Shown here: in pieces, positions 12,436-24,996 of the stretch
Layout of the letters: each line of letters starts with the position of its first letter
How positions within the stretch are numbered: the stretch's first letter is position 1
Position numbers and translations under genes: made by a program
From: Nemertoderma westbladi
Lineage: Eukaryota > Animalia > Xenacoelomorpha
Direction: 5' to 3'
Length of the DNA: 49,823 nucleotides
NCBI GenBank assembly: GCA_032718475.1
Contig: JAUCBJ010004971.1
Coordinates: 1-49,823, forward strand
Notes under the pieces: generated by a model
Databases searched by the model: none
Told to the model about the DNA's origin: nothing
What the model saw: the letters and a program-made list of their open reading frames with translations, nothing else

Positions 12436-13030
12436 TGTTGCCCCCTGTCTGTGCTATCATCCTTTCTACCTTCCTACTTCCTTCTTACTATGTACCCTAT
12501 TACTACTATGGTATGCCTACATACCCTTTACTTTCTTACTACGTGGCGCTCTTGGTGCCCACAACCCCTCTGCTACTACTTCTAGAGTATACCTACATAC
12601 CATACCCTTTACTCTCTTACTACGTGGCACTTTTGGTGCCCACAACCCCTCTGCTACTACTTCTATGGTATACCTACATACCATACCCTCTACTCTCTTA
12701 CTACGTGGTGCTTTCGGTGCCCATAACCCCTCTGATACTACTTCTATGGTATTCCTACATACCATAGCCTCTACTCTCTTACTACGTGGCGCTTTCAGTG
12801 CCCACAACTTCTAACTCTCTCGGTACTATGTACCCTACTACTACTCTCGTGGTATGTCTATATACCACACTCCCTAATCTCTAACTTCTAACTCTTCTGC
12901 TACTACTATCATGGTATGTCTATATACCACACTCCCTATTCTCTAACTTCTAACTCTCCACTTACTCTTACTAACTTCTAACTCTTACGGTACTATGTAC
13001 CCTGCTACTATTCTCATGGTATGTTAATAT
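12183..13030. repeat. Internal tandem repeats of BEL-A (2 x 99 bp, ~4 x 81 bp, further short duplications)
   Basis: ggaacttaccccagtccatcggcttgtggcagacaagcccc occurs twice; ctcttactacgtgg...ggtgcccacaacccctctg occurs four times. Confidence 0.85.
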
Positions 13031-13204
13031 ACCACACTCCCTACTACTACTACTTAGTGCTACGTACTATCTACTACTATTACTTTCTACTATCTCACTT
13101 CTTATTTTATTATTTTCTTATTATTTATTTTTATATTTTGTGTGGGAAGGGCGTCTCACCCTCATTCCCACCCCCCTCAGTCCAACATATTGGACGACTA
13201 AACT

Positions 13205-16200
13205 TCAAGGGTGATTCTTCCAGCAGGCATTCTCCCACTGCCCACTTATCCACTTATCCAGTCCACTTATCCTTCGCCCCACTCTCCTTGTCAATTCCAA
13301 CTCTCTAGGAATTGATTCTCCCTCCTTCACCACCCTAAAATCGGGTCTTTCGGTCGCCTTCTTGATTTCCTCATGGTCCCCTGGCAGCAGAGTGCCACCC
13401 TTCATCTTGTCGTCACCTGGTGTTAGAATGAAAAAAAATCGAAAGAATAGATAAAATAGAATGGATAATAGTAATCCTATCCCTTTCCACCCTGTCTTCT
13501 TATTTGACCTCCCCCTTTTTGGTATGCCTCTCAACTGGACCGGCGTCTCCTCCAGACACTTCTCTGGACATCTCGCCGTCCACTCTTCTCCATCCTCATA
13601 CCGATACTTGTCAGGAACATCCTTGTTCCATCCCATTGTCTCTAAGTCTTCTGCGTCTAATCCATTCTCCTCCGCCCACTCTCTTGCTGTTGCTTCCCCT
13701 CCTAATTCATCTACCGACGGTATTTCTCTGGAACTATCCTCTATCCTTTCACCACACTCCACTATGCATGGTTCCAGATCCATACCCAACTCCTTGTATC
13801 CTTCCCCGGGCCACTTCTCACATGGGACCTCCCCATCACCCGTCTCTGGTATCTCCTCTACGTCCTCAACAGTGCCTGACAGCATGCATCCTGATGTCTC
13901 GGACACACCAAACGGTATCCTCGTCTTAATTGGGCCAGTGAGCGTCCATCCAAATTGCGTGAGAATGGCCATCGGGTCTCGCTCCCTGTCATTGCTGAAT
14001 ATGGTCTGAAGTTTCTCGTGGGCTGTCGGGCAGTCCATGCCGACTGAGAGATACCTTCGGGATGTCCAACTCGGGCACGGAGAAATCGATGTTGTCTAGG
14101 TACCGGTATTGCTCTATCTCGATATTCGTCGGTCGCCTGGCGTTGATATTAATCGATTCTATTATTTGGATGGGTTCGATGGTAGCCCCATAGCCGCAAC
14201 CTGGTGCTATTGCTGATATCTCGCACCGTCCCGTTCTCATCTCCAGGACCTCGTCCTTGTTCGAGATAGTAGTTACCGCCATCTTACTCGGCCTCGTCTG
14301 CAACCCTATCTCTTCGGCCACCCAATTCTCCATTAACGTGAATGCTTCTCCACTATCGACCAACATTAGTGTTATGGCCGATAGCCCATCCTTTCCTGTT
14401 ATTCTCACTGGTACTACCCCGAGTTGTACTGTCCTCTTCCTCTTTGCTTCCATCGTGCTTGTAGCCATAGTTTGGCCTCCAGTCTCGTCATATTCTATCG
14501 GTGTTTCTCTACACTCTCCAAATCTGTGTCTTTCTACCACGCATTGATGACATAGTCCATTTGTATCCGCATAGGCTACCCGATCTTGTTTAGGCAACAC
14601 CTGCCAATGCTTACAACTCATGGTCTTAGGGGTTCCATCTCTATGCAATTGACATTTGTTTCCTGGATTGTAGCGTTCCTTGTATAGCCTTTCACGTATC
14701 GCGCCTAGGTTCATATCTACCAGTTTAGTGTTTTGGTTATTTGGACTCGGCCTACTGGGTGTGTTGGGATTATATTTGTTCGTGTTGTTATTTTGTCTCT
14801 GTCCCTGCCACGGTGTGTCCCTACTCCCAGCTATCTGTGGACTTGTAGTCCCCTGCGTGGCCGCATGTGGTAGTGACTGTCTCACTCTCGGGAATGCATC
14901 TGCCGGATTATGTTCTGGTTTCGGCCTGTTGTATTCAGTCCTCAGCGCCCTCCCCAGACTATCCTCCTTGGGTCCGTGATTAGTTCCGCCTCATAATTAA
15001 GGAAGTTCGACATCTCCTCTAGCCCTGGCTCCGCACCTTTCTTCTCCCGAGTGGAGAAGGCGATCTTTCTCCACTTGTTTCTTAGCCAGATCGGCAGTGC
15101 CTGCGCTATTGTGGTGATGTTATTCGATGCGTTGAGTTCGTAAGGCGCATCCAAGGTCTTTAGCACAATCAGCGCCTTTTCGACTTTATTCGCGAAAGTC
15201 CTGATGCTGACAGGGTTATCATGTAGTCCACCTGATGTTATTTCCCTCAAGGTTTGCCGGATGATCTTAGCAGGGTGTCCGAATTCCCTGTCTAGGGCCC
15301 GCCATGTAGTCGTGAATCCACCCTCGATACCTTGGTACTGCCTTACGATGTCGTATGCTGGCCCCCCTGTGTAAACTTGTAAGTATTTTAGGCACTCCGC
15401 CTGCATCAGATTCTTTTTTAATATCTCGTTACTTTACATACGCCGGAATTGCAGATATTCCTCTGGTTTGCTTCCATCGAATTTGAACGGCTCCACTGGT
15501 GGCAGCTCGATCCTGGTCTTAAGCGCATCGATGAGTGTCGCCATTCCCTTCGCCTGTACTTCTAGTGCGCTCGATGGATGCTGTACAGATTCTCCTGCTG
15601 CTGGGTGCGGTTCGCCCGTCGGGCCTGTCGACCTCTTTTGCGTCGGATATATCATTGGGGGTAACGGTCCCCTCCATATCTCTGTATCACACGATCTATT
15701 TTGGTCCGAGGGGTTTGGTGTTTTTGTTCTTGGTTGAGTATATTGCTGATATTGTAATGGGGGAATGTCACCCTGCCCCCTCCCCACCAGTATTATATCT
15801 GGTATTGATGTTACCATGTTAGGGCCTATACATCTATCGGCAATAGCTCCCCCCACCCCTGGGTATATGTTATATCCTTGCATATTATAGTCATACTGGT
15901 GTGCAGGTACCGGTATAGGCCTATCCACTCCTTGCCTATCTACCGGTATGTATGCCGCGACTTCCGGATCTAATCCCGTTGTCCTAGCTACCCTATCGCC
16001 TACACTATCTCTTCCAGCATGGCCTATAGTATGTGCAGTAAGGCCTACAGTATGTCCTGCAGTCTGCCTGTGTCATTCCGGACCGAAGTTTAATCTCTTT
16101 GAATATTCCAAGAAGTCCTCCCCACAACTACAGTACTCTCTATCGGCAGCTATGTCCCATCGGGAAGTTTCTCTTTGATCCCCTCTCCTGTCCTCGTCCT

Positions 16201-18548
16201 CGTACCGGTACATCCTGTACCCTTCTCCCGGTGTGTGGTATATCTCACCAGGCTGCGTCTCTCCGGGGCGATGGCAATCTCCCGGAGTTCGACCCCACTG
16301 ATTCTCTAACTCCATCTCTGCTACCGACGGTTCACTGTCCGTCCTTCCTCTCCGGTTGCTCGTAGCAACGCTTCTTCTATTCTCTTCGCTTCTTCTCTCT
16401 TCAGTGTAGCGATCCCCTTCATGAGATCTTGCTTCGACCTCCCGGATAAACTCCACTGTTCTTCTTCCGTCTTCCGACTGGGCTCGACGTCTTGTCGCTT
16501 GCCCGCTCACGGCGCCAACCTCTCTCTCTCTACCCGGTTGGATGCTCCTGGGGATATTCGCAATCCTATGTCTCAATCGACTATTCTCTGTCATCAGGTG
16601 CCGCGGTTCACCTAACTCGCCGCGCGCATTGTCCGCCGACACTTGCGGGACATTCTCTGCCCCCCCCCCTCTCGCCACTAATCTCTTGTGGTGGGGTGCC
16701 TGTAGCCCCCCCCCCCCCCACCTCTTACTTCGCTACCTCCCGCTTCACCTCTACGCCCCTCTATAGTCGAAGCAGTATCTCTACCCTGGCTGGGTCTACT
16801 CACACCCGCCTCTCCCTGTGCGACTGCGTGGCCTTGCAGGCTCCTGTTGGGTTGACTCACCCCCACTACTCCCTGCGTAACTATGTGGCCTTGCAGGCTC
16901 TCGCTGGCCGGACCACCTGTCCCCCCTACGTTTGTATTAATTACACAGTTATTGATAATATTATTTTGATTAATTTCCTCGGGATTATTATCTAACGCAA
17001 CATTGTTATCTTACTTATTTAAATTATTTTGTTCAGAATTAGGGCTATTATTTGGAATATTTTGCACATTTAAATTAGAATTATTATTTGGATTATTTTG
17101 CACATTTAAATTAGTATTATTATTTGGATTATTTTGCACATTTAAATTAGTATTATTTGGATTATTTTGCACCTTTAAATCAGAATTATTATTACTGGGT
17201 AAAATATTATTTCCTGCAACAAAGGTTTGATTAGGGTTGTCTACTACGGTACTATTAATATTAATTCCTTCTAACGTATTATTATTACCCCCCCCCCCCT
17301 GCCCGTACGGTTATACCAGTCCTGGGTCTGTTGTCCGGTACCTGTAAGTGGGGTATTAACAAACGTTTCCATTACTTCTGGCTCCTCGTAAATACTACCC
17401 AAACCAGCCTCACTCTCCGATAATCCCAACTTTGCCAGTTCTAACTGGCGCTTTTTCTTCGCCTGGTATTGCATGAGCCCCCTCAACCGGGTATGCATAT
17501 CATCCCGCATACGCTTTGCCGCTCTCTCTCTCTCCCTATCCTCCCTAACGCTTTGGTCGGCTAACTCTGCCTCTCTCGCAACCCTCTTCTCTTCGCTCTC
17601 TCTAAAGTTTCTCGCTACCCTCTCAGCCCTCCCTTTGCTCTCTCTCGCTAACTCTCTCTCCCTCTCCAATAATGCAGTTCCCTCATCTAATTGTCTTTCC
17701 AACTCCTTTTGATCCAGCGCCACAATGTCTAGTTTACATGCCAGATCTATCTCTAACACCCTTCTTGCTTTTGCAGAGGATGTAGCAGACTTATCGGTGG
17801 TGACGGACTCCTGTCGCCTCTCTGTCCTACTAACTTTCCCCCGCTTTCTGGGGTTCTTGCTAACCAATGACACCGAATCCTCGGGGTTAACCTCGGGTTC
17901 GGCGTCGTGCAGGTCCGTCCATCCCACTAACTTAATTCCCCTTGCATCCACTAAGTAAGGCCCTACGTACACTACGTCTGGCTCCATTACCTTGGACCGC
18001 CACAATTCAAACAGTTCCGTGGCGACCCCCCTTGCTCTCTCATCCGCCAGTACTCCCTGTCCAAAACGGACTACATAGCGAAAATGTTTATTTGACTCAC
18101 CTAGACTCTGGTATAGTTTAGGCTGGTCTACCTTTCTCCCCTCCTTGGCCTCTTTGAGTAGTTTCTTGGTGGTGTTGTAGGCCTGTCGTAGCCGATCACT
18201 TGTCCCGACGTCCTCTTCGTCGACTCTACCTTCTCTCCTCGTCCGGCATCGAATCGGCGGCCCCACCGTCGCCGTTCCGGTGGGCCGTCCGTCGCCCTCG
18301 GCCTGTGGCTAGCCGGCAACTTCGGTACTCCGACCGCTGTCGTCGTTGTGCGTCGACCCATCTCCTTCTCTCCTCCGCAGCTGACGGCCGCCCTTCACTT
18401 GGGCTACCGGATCATCCCTCATTGGCGAATCCGGCGTGGCAGGCTGATACCATCTCGTCACGGCCTCTCGGATCGTTTGGTTGGTGTCGTCCGGGGTCCG
18501 CGGCGGCATTCTCTCTCCCTCTGATAATCGGGGCTCCTGATCGCTCAT
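13205..18548 (-). pseudogene. BEL/Pao gag-protease, multiply frameshifted
   Basis: ELPPVEPFKFDG, LKYLQVYTGGPA...FGHP, zinc knuckle LCHQC...H...C, protease VVPVRI...LVDSGE, AILTQFGWTLTGP. Confidence 0.85.
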
Positions 18549-18596
18549 CTTTAAATTTCTAGGCAGTCACAGTTTGTCAGTTGGTCAGTTTATGAC

Positions 18597-18915
18597 TGTG
18601 ACGGGATCATAGATCCTGACCGGTATAGATATGTACGCGTCACCGTTTCACTGAAGTAGCTGTGCTATAGTGGTTTTGGCCAAAGGCCGTCAGGGAAATA
18701 ATCGAGTTTGTGTTTCTCAATATTAATCTTCTGAAATGATAATAGCACAGAACTATGTATGTAATGAATATCACGATACAAAATAGCAGCGGAAAATACA
18801 CAGATATTAATTGGTTATGTTGGTAGCGGTGATGGTCATAAACTATGACCAGTCTGCAACTCTGTGATTAGTGAACTGACCGGTAAATCAGTAATACAGA
18901 ATAATATATGATTGA
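18597..18915 (-). repeat. BEL-A 5' LTR (recognisable part; U3 not found)
   Basis: Matches 4656-4974 and lies just upstream of the gag ATG at 18548. Confidence 0.85.
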
Positions 18916-19201
18916 CCCACGGAGGAGGAGGGAGGAGAAACTAACTCTGTTTCGAATTTAATGAAATCTCGTTAAGATTTGTAGAATTTTTTTTTTTTTT
19001 GGGGGGGGGGGGGTCGGTTGGCCATGTACTTGAATACGACACTATATTCCTGGACATGGTGTGTTGTTTACACGATTATCAGTAATTCTATACTGTAATC
19101 ATATTATGTTGATTTCCATAGATATAATCAGATATAATTCAGTTGTGTTCATACCCAAGTTATAATTCCATATAATTTTCAAAGATTCATTTATTTTGCA
19201 G

Positions 19202-20013
19202 GTCTTAAATGTTTGTTGCTCGCTCACATAATATTGTTGTACAAACATGTGCCATGCACTGTGGCCGCGACCAAACAGACATTGTTCTTGATCCTTCGAA
19301 CAGCATTCTCAACTATTTCATGGGTGTGCTTTTTAATTTCAATTCAGTTCAGTCCAATAGCCGACGCGTACACTCTATACAACACAGCGCCAGCATTCAC
19401 GATAATTCTCGCTTTTATTGTGTTGAAAGAAAAACCTGGTTTTTTCGGAATTATAATTTTATTTCTAACTTTAATTGGTGTTATGCTGGTTTCTCGCCCA
19501 GAGTTTATATTCGGGGCTACAAATCAACCAACTGATTACCCATACCACGGCTACGCTATGATATTCGCTGTTACAGCGGCTGCTCTTAACTCCATGGCCC
19601 ATATTATAACAAGTAAAATCTCCACAGTATTCCATTACTCTGTATTTACTTTCTATTTGTCTCTGTTTACTGCCGTTATCGGATTGATTGCTATTACATC
19701 GTCACCATTCGAAACGCCAATTGGCTGTTCGCTGTTCGTACGTTTAACCCCAATTGGAACTGCCATCACAGATTTTATAGGTGTAATTTTCTATGTTATG
19801 GCTTTTCGCCGGGAAAAAGCTGGTCTCATATGTATTGTTCTGAGTCTGGATGTGGTGCTCGCTTTTCTGTATCAGATAATATTTTTTCACAGCGAAGTCA
19901 TTGGTTACACCTCGATACTTGGTGCCAGTTGTATATTTTTTTGCACTGTGTCGATTTCGGTTAAAAAGTACATTGACACCATGATTCAAGCGAAAAAATT
20001 AGCTTCTATTTAG
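19202..20013 (+). CDS. Terminal coding exon of SLC35G-like (EamA/DMT) transporter
   Basis: ttattttgcag| acceptor; multi-TM ORF with LILRT, PIADA..L.NTAP.FT.ILAFIVLKEK, GVMLVSRPEFIFG, A.RREKAG, DVVLAFLYQIIFF, SILGA motifs typical of SLC35G1-like proteins. Confidence 0.88.
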
Positions 20014-20133
20014 GTAAAACTAACTAATGTTTGGCTAATAGCCATAAGTGTAGAATTCTATACCGAACACAGATTTGGTAGGATATATCGTTGCTTTTAT
20101 GATATCTCTCTAAACGGGATAGAGATTGGGATT

Positions 20134-20540
20134 GATGTTAGGACAATTGCAACCTGGACAATTGCGACCCGGACAATTGCACCCCATCAATTTTTTCTAA
20201 AATGGGTCACAATTGACCGGTTCGCAATTGCCCGGGTCGCAATTGTCCAGGTCACAATTGTCCTAACATCAATCCCAAACTCTATCCCGTTTAGAGAGAT
20301 TGTCCGGATCCAGATAAAAAGATGTAATGTATATCATTGATAAATATCATTGTATCATTGTATATCATTGATAAATATCATTGTATCATTGTATATCATT
20401 GATAAATATCATTGTATATCATTGACAATTGCGACCCGGACAATTGCGACCCATAATTTTTATTTAAAAACATGGGTCGCAATTGACCGGGTCGCAATTA
20501 TCCGAGTCACAATTGTCCGAGTCGCAATTGTCCGGACTCC
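20134..20540. mobile_element. Foldback MITE with repeated ggacaattgcgaccc TIR motifs and 9-bp TSD (Mutator-like)
   Basis: Flanks attgggatt (20125-20133) and actggggtt (20541-20549); the paralogous empty site has a single actgggatt at 36494-36502. Internal (atcattgtat)n tract. Confidence 0.7.
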
Positions 20541-20919
20541 ACTGGGGTTACCAATTTAATTTCAATGACTAATTTATGTTCAAAATTGTTGTTTAACTTA
20601 ATTGACTCGACTAAACGAGAGTTTAACTTAATTGACTCGTTAAAAATTGATAATCGTTAAATAATTGACTATTGGTTTTTGACTCCCCGCCTCATAATTC
20701 ATAATCACCGATTAATATTTTTAATTGCCAAATGTTATTTTCGCTTACCAACCCTATCACAACAATAATACATGTGTTATTGATATTGTATAAATTGTAA
20801 ATATTGTAATATATATATGTAAATTGTTTTGGTTATATTTAATTAATGTTCATTTATTTAAGGTGCATTGTTTATTTAAGGTTCATAAGCTTTAATATTA
20901 TATTTCATGCTTAAATCAT

Positions 20920-22199
20920 TGTTCACGCTTTTAGACCTTAACAGTTTAACCTGCTAATTTTTTTGCTTATTAATACCTGACAGCCCAATACAAATGAACA
21001 CAGCTGAAGCCAGTCTAGCGCGGCGTATAACCCACCGGAGCGCAGAGGTGGGGGACTGGATTCAATAGCAGAGAGAGCCGTAGGACACCTTGTATTATTC
21101 GATTGATCTTTCATATATAATCTCCAAAAACTATGCTTATTTTCAGTTAAATACTGACAGTTCCTTTTAGGTGCTGCGCTCCAAATACTACGCAGAGAAA
21201 TGACTTATACTATTTACAATGGGTGGGCATGAGATAACGCAAGTGTTTACATCCTTCAGGGATGTATTTATTGAACGTACACACATAAGCACGAATGGAC
21301 AATAGTGCTGAAACACGCTAATTTGCCAACAGTCACCGATTTTACTTGCATATAGGGAGAACTTAACTCATGTACGTTGGGGACTATGAAACAGCATATA
21401 CTCATACAAACCACTGTTATTTGAACTATGCAATTGTGAATAGTAAACCCCTCCGCTTACCTCAATAAATCATGAAATCCAAGAGATCTACTGGTTATTC
21501 GTAAGTATTCTCCAACTATTAACATTAATCCATATGTTACAAATTACAACAGATTATAACAGCATAAATCAGTATAAAATTGCGGTGTTGCGGCAATATC
21601 AGACAGTCAGTATGTGTCGCAGTGCAAGTATGCAAAGTCTGAGATATTAACGCGATGCAAACGTATAGATGTGTTAATATTGTGTTAACGTGTAATAGAT
21701 TTGCGTTCTGTATCTCTCTAGCCACTGGTGTTTCTGGGTGCAAAGTCAGGAAGTGTATAAACACTCACACTGAGGGGCTGCAAGAATATTCTTGCCTAAG
21801 TAGTCCACAAAGCATGAATCACATCGAATGCTGTAGAATGTATGGAATCTGCAAGAACTTCCAATCAGGGACCAGTAACCATGCCATCAACCCGTAACTA
21901 ATGGATCCGGTAATTCAGGCTATGGAGTGACGTAGGGGGGAAAGTATACTGATTGGATGGTGAACAACACAGAAGGATGTAAACAAAGATAATAGTATCC
22001 AATGGCTGGTGATTTCGTAATCTGAGCATCTGGGTTTCCATAGGAGTACACGGGAAAGTGCTATACTTAGAATAAATGCTGGAGGGAGTAAGTTCACATT
22101 AGTTCATAAAATACAAAGTTCTTAAGAGTTTTTCAAGGGTTCAGAGTAACCAGTGCATTGTGTAATAATGGGGAGATTTTGGCCACAAAAGCTTTAACA
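20920..22199 (-). repeat. LTR-B 3' LTR (1280 bp)
   Basis: Aligns with 34729-35623. Confidence 0.88.
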
Positions 22200-22283
22200 C
22201 CGCTCCCAGAAAATGGGACTTAAGTTTATAAAATATACAATCATAGAGTCACAATTTCTTAATATAATAACTACTCTAAACAA

Positions 22284-24236
22284 TCAATCTTTCTTTCTAG
22301 AATGACATTTACGGAGTTTCTTGAACCTTTGGGCAGTGGTTGTCTTCTTCCCGTCACTACGAGCCACTTTACTCGGAGGACTATAACTCCTCGGGGAGGG
22401 GTACAATATAATTGCATCAGAAGTATTGGGGTTGCAGTCAGTGTGTCCGCCGGTCGATGTACCTGGTTGGTCGATATCCATGGAGGATGCACTTCTCTCC
22501 TGGGAAGGTGTTTCAGTATCGACACATCTACCAGAGGTTCGAAGGGGTTGAGGTCGCATGATCTTTAATGCTCGTCTCAGGATAGCAGCTTGGACTGGTC
22601 CCGCTTTGGTCGTCTGCATGACTGCCATTGGTAGGCCGCGGGTCGTGAGGAATTTACGGGGTTTTACAGTTCTTACTAGCTCCCGTTCCCTCGCCTTATA
22701 CTCATAGGGGCGTCGGTGGACCTCTTGCAACTTGGGATGTGCATTGATAAATGTCTCACCGTATTCCAGGTCTCAGCCAATACAACCAAGTAGATTATAT
22801 GAGTCCAGGTTGTTCGGGTTGATATTTTTCAAATATTTGGTGGAAATGGACTCACCTACACGTTTGAGTAGTTCATAACTGGGAATACGAGTTTTCTGTT
22901 CGATTTGGGGAAATATATAGGGGTGAAATGCGTACACTCCCTCATATGCGCATCCGGGATATTAATGGTGGCGCGAATCGCAGTGGAGGTCTGCACTAGC
23001 TTCCCAAGATTGTATGTATCGCAATACAATCAACTCGTTACGCTCTCCAAGTCGGGGCTAAAAGGGAAATCCCAACAAGCGTGTCCCTTTAACTGACAGT
23101 AATGGCATTGTGTCATTAACTGTGGGCAAACTGCGAAGATCTGCTTATCATTGACTTGACAATAAGCACAATATATATCCATTGGTAGTTGATCTTTGAA
23201 GTAGGAACAGAGTTCATCGGAGGTCAACGGAGTAGTGTGATCACGAGAGGCATATAAACGCCAAAGGTTCCTAAACACGTAGCTGGCGTGTTGGTAATCA
23301 TAGGCAGTGAGACGTTGTGGGCCTTGATACCACTCCAGTGTGTGATCATCATCACTACTACGAGGGACTCTCGGTTGGATTTCATCCGCTTCCATGCAGG
23401 TGGGTTCCTCGTCAGTCGGCAGAATTTCTATGGGTGTAGTCATTCTTTGCTTGGGTTCTGCAGTTTGTAATTCCATAACCGAATATCCCGAAAGGATTTT
23501 AGGTCTCTGCAGAACATTAGAATGCATATTCTGTATGCATACATCTTTGAAGATAGCGAATCCAGCACTAGCTAATTTCTCAGCAGCGGAATCTCACAGG
23601 CTGAGTTTGGTCAGTGTGCAGTCTTTAAACTGACTATCAACATTCCGAAACAGAGTCAGAAAGCGCCTGAAACATTCAAATCGGATGAATTTGTTATGTT
23701 CATCTAATTTCGCGAGTTTGGTTCCCAGGATTAAGGGGTGGGAGCATATGGTTCGACTGCACACATCGACTAACCATCCGGAAAGTGTTATATTTTCGAA
23801 TATGGTATAAATGGCTGAGGAAGGATGAAGGGGCATACTCATAAAACTATAAACCGCTCCAGGTGCCTTCAATGGTCCATCTACATATAAACAGGAATAA
23901 TGGTCACCATAAACTTGCTGGTAGTTGAGCTGATTCCCAACCTTAAAGTTCCATCCATACTCTTGATATGCTAAATGTCCGATATAAGTTTGTTGAACTT
24001 TGTTGATCCAGGTTGATCCTTTGTTGAGGCATAGTGGCATACATGGTTCGGAAAATTCCTCTGCCTTCCGCCCAAGGTGCTATTAGCTGGGTATCGATGA
24101 ATGGATATGGAATATTATTCATATTCCTAAAATCATTCTGAAGATCTCCATAGATCGCAGAACCGAATTTAATTTTTCTCTCGTCGAATAACATATCGAG
24201 TACAGGTTTCGGAAGCATGGATCCATCTATTCCCAT
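22284..24236 (-). pseudogene. Degenerate ~2 kb ORF of LTR-B with zinc-knuckle-like module, unknown function
   Basis: ORFs 23943-24236, 23594-24040 and 23030-23527 join via one frameshift and in-frame TGA; contains CAYCQVNDKQIFAVCPQLMTQCHYCQLKGH. Confidence 0.5.
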
Positions 24237-24610
24237 ATCTGGTTTCCGCTTGGTATCCTGGATTAAGGGTTGTGAACAACCAGATTTACAACGCGCAATG
24301 GTACCAGTTGTTCACAGAAGTTTCTCACTTCCTTTTAGTCCTTATGTCAATGGTTGTGACTATGAGGAAGTTGGTGGTTTGCTGACTATCAAATCAATGT
24401 GGAGAGGGTGGAGGTGGAGATGGTTGATACTTTAAAATATCAATACAGTGATACATGGGCAGGATATATGGACTGGATAGGACACCATTATAAGCATCCA
24501 GTCAAACAGTAAGGGGGTGGAGAGGCTTTATAGAAGAGGGTATGTTAGCACCACGATAGAGCTATGACTGGTCAATATTTCTCAACCCGTTCCCTTGTTC
24601 CATCTGTGAT

Positions 24611-24831
24611 TGCATAAAAAATAAAAATTCTATTATTCAATTAATGCCGATATTGTATTGTTATTGCCTACACAGTGTTCTATACAGTGCAACAATAATT
24701 AGGCCTATATAGTTATAACCTGAACAATGCTTAATAAATACTGAAATATATTCTGCACACTCTGAATGTTTCCATCTTTCGGTGGCCCCTTATTCTTGTT
24801 TTATAATGCTGTTGTGGGAAAAGACCCCACA
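24611..24831 (+). repeat. Gypsy 5' LTR (first ~14 bp missing)
   Basis: Nearly identical to 33285-33505; ends gaccccaca. Confidence 0.9.
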
Positions 24832-24834
24832 AAT

Positions 24835-24848
24835 TGGTGACCCGGACG
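24835..24848 (+). promoter_or_regulatory. Primer binding site, tRNA-Trp type
   Basis: TGGTGACCCGGACG 3 nt after the LTR, one mismatch to the tRNA-Trp 3' complement TGGTGACCCCGACG. Confidence 0.85.
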
Positions 24849-24996
24849 AGCAGACTACCAGGCAACTGGACGTCTTCCAACTACTGAACTACCGGTACAA
24901 CTACTAGATTCGATAATATACTTCCTTTGATCCGTTACCGTACCTGGTACCGGTACTGCAGTATACTGCTGTAGTATATTCGAAGCGTACTTTAAT

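Larger units (their letters stand above)
4656..18915 (-). mobile_element. BEL/Pao LTR retroelement lacking RT/RNaseH/integrase (BEL-A), 3' LTR interrupted by CRE-2
   Basis: Matching 319-bp LTR segments at 4656-4974 and 18597-18915, PPT-like tgggggcag before TGT at 9619 (minus strand), and BEL gag/protease motifs at 13.9-18.5 kb. Confidence 0.8.

Noticed and set aside
18905-18990. Both BEL-A LTR copies appearing to break at the same nucleotide (4974 and 18915)
   Set aside because: An alignment necessarily ends where one copy is interrupted (here by the CRE-2 tail), and 18916 onward may be genuine LTR, so no hotspot can be claimed.
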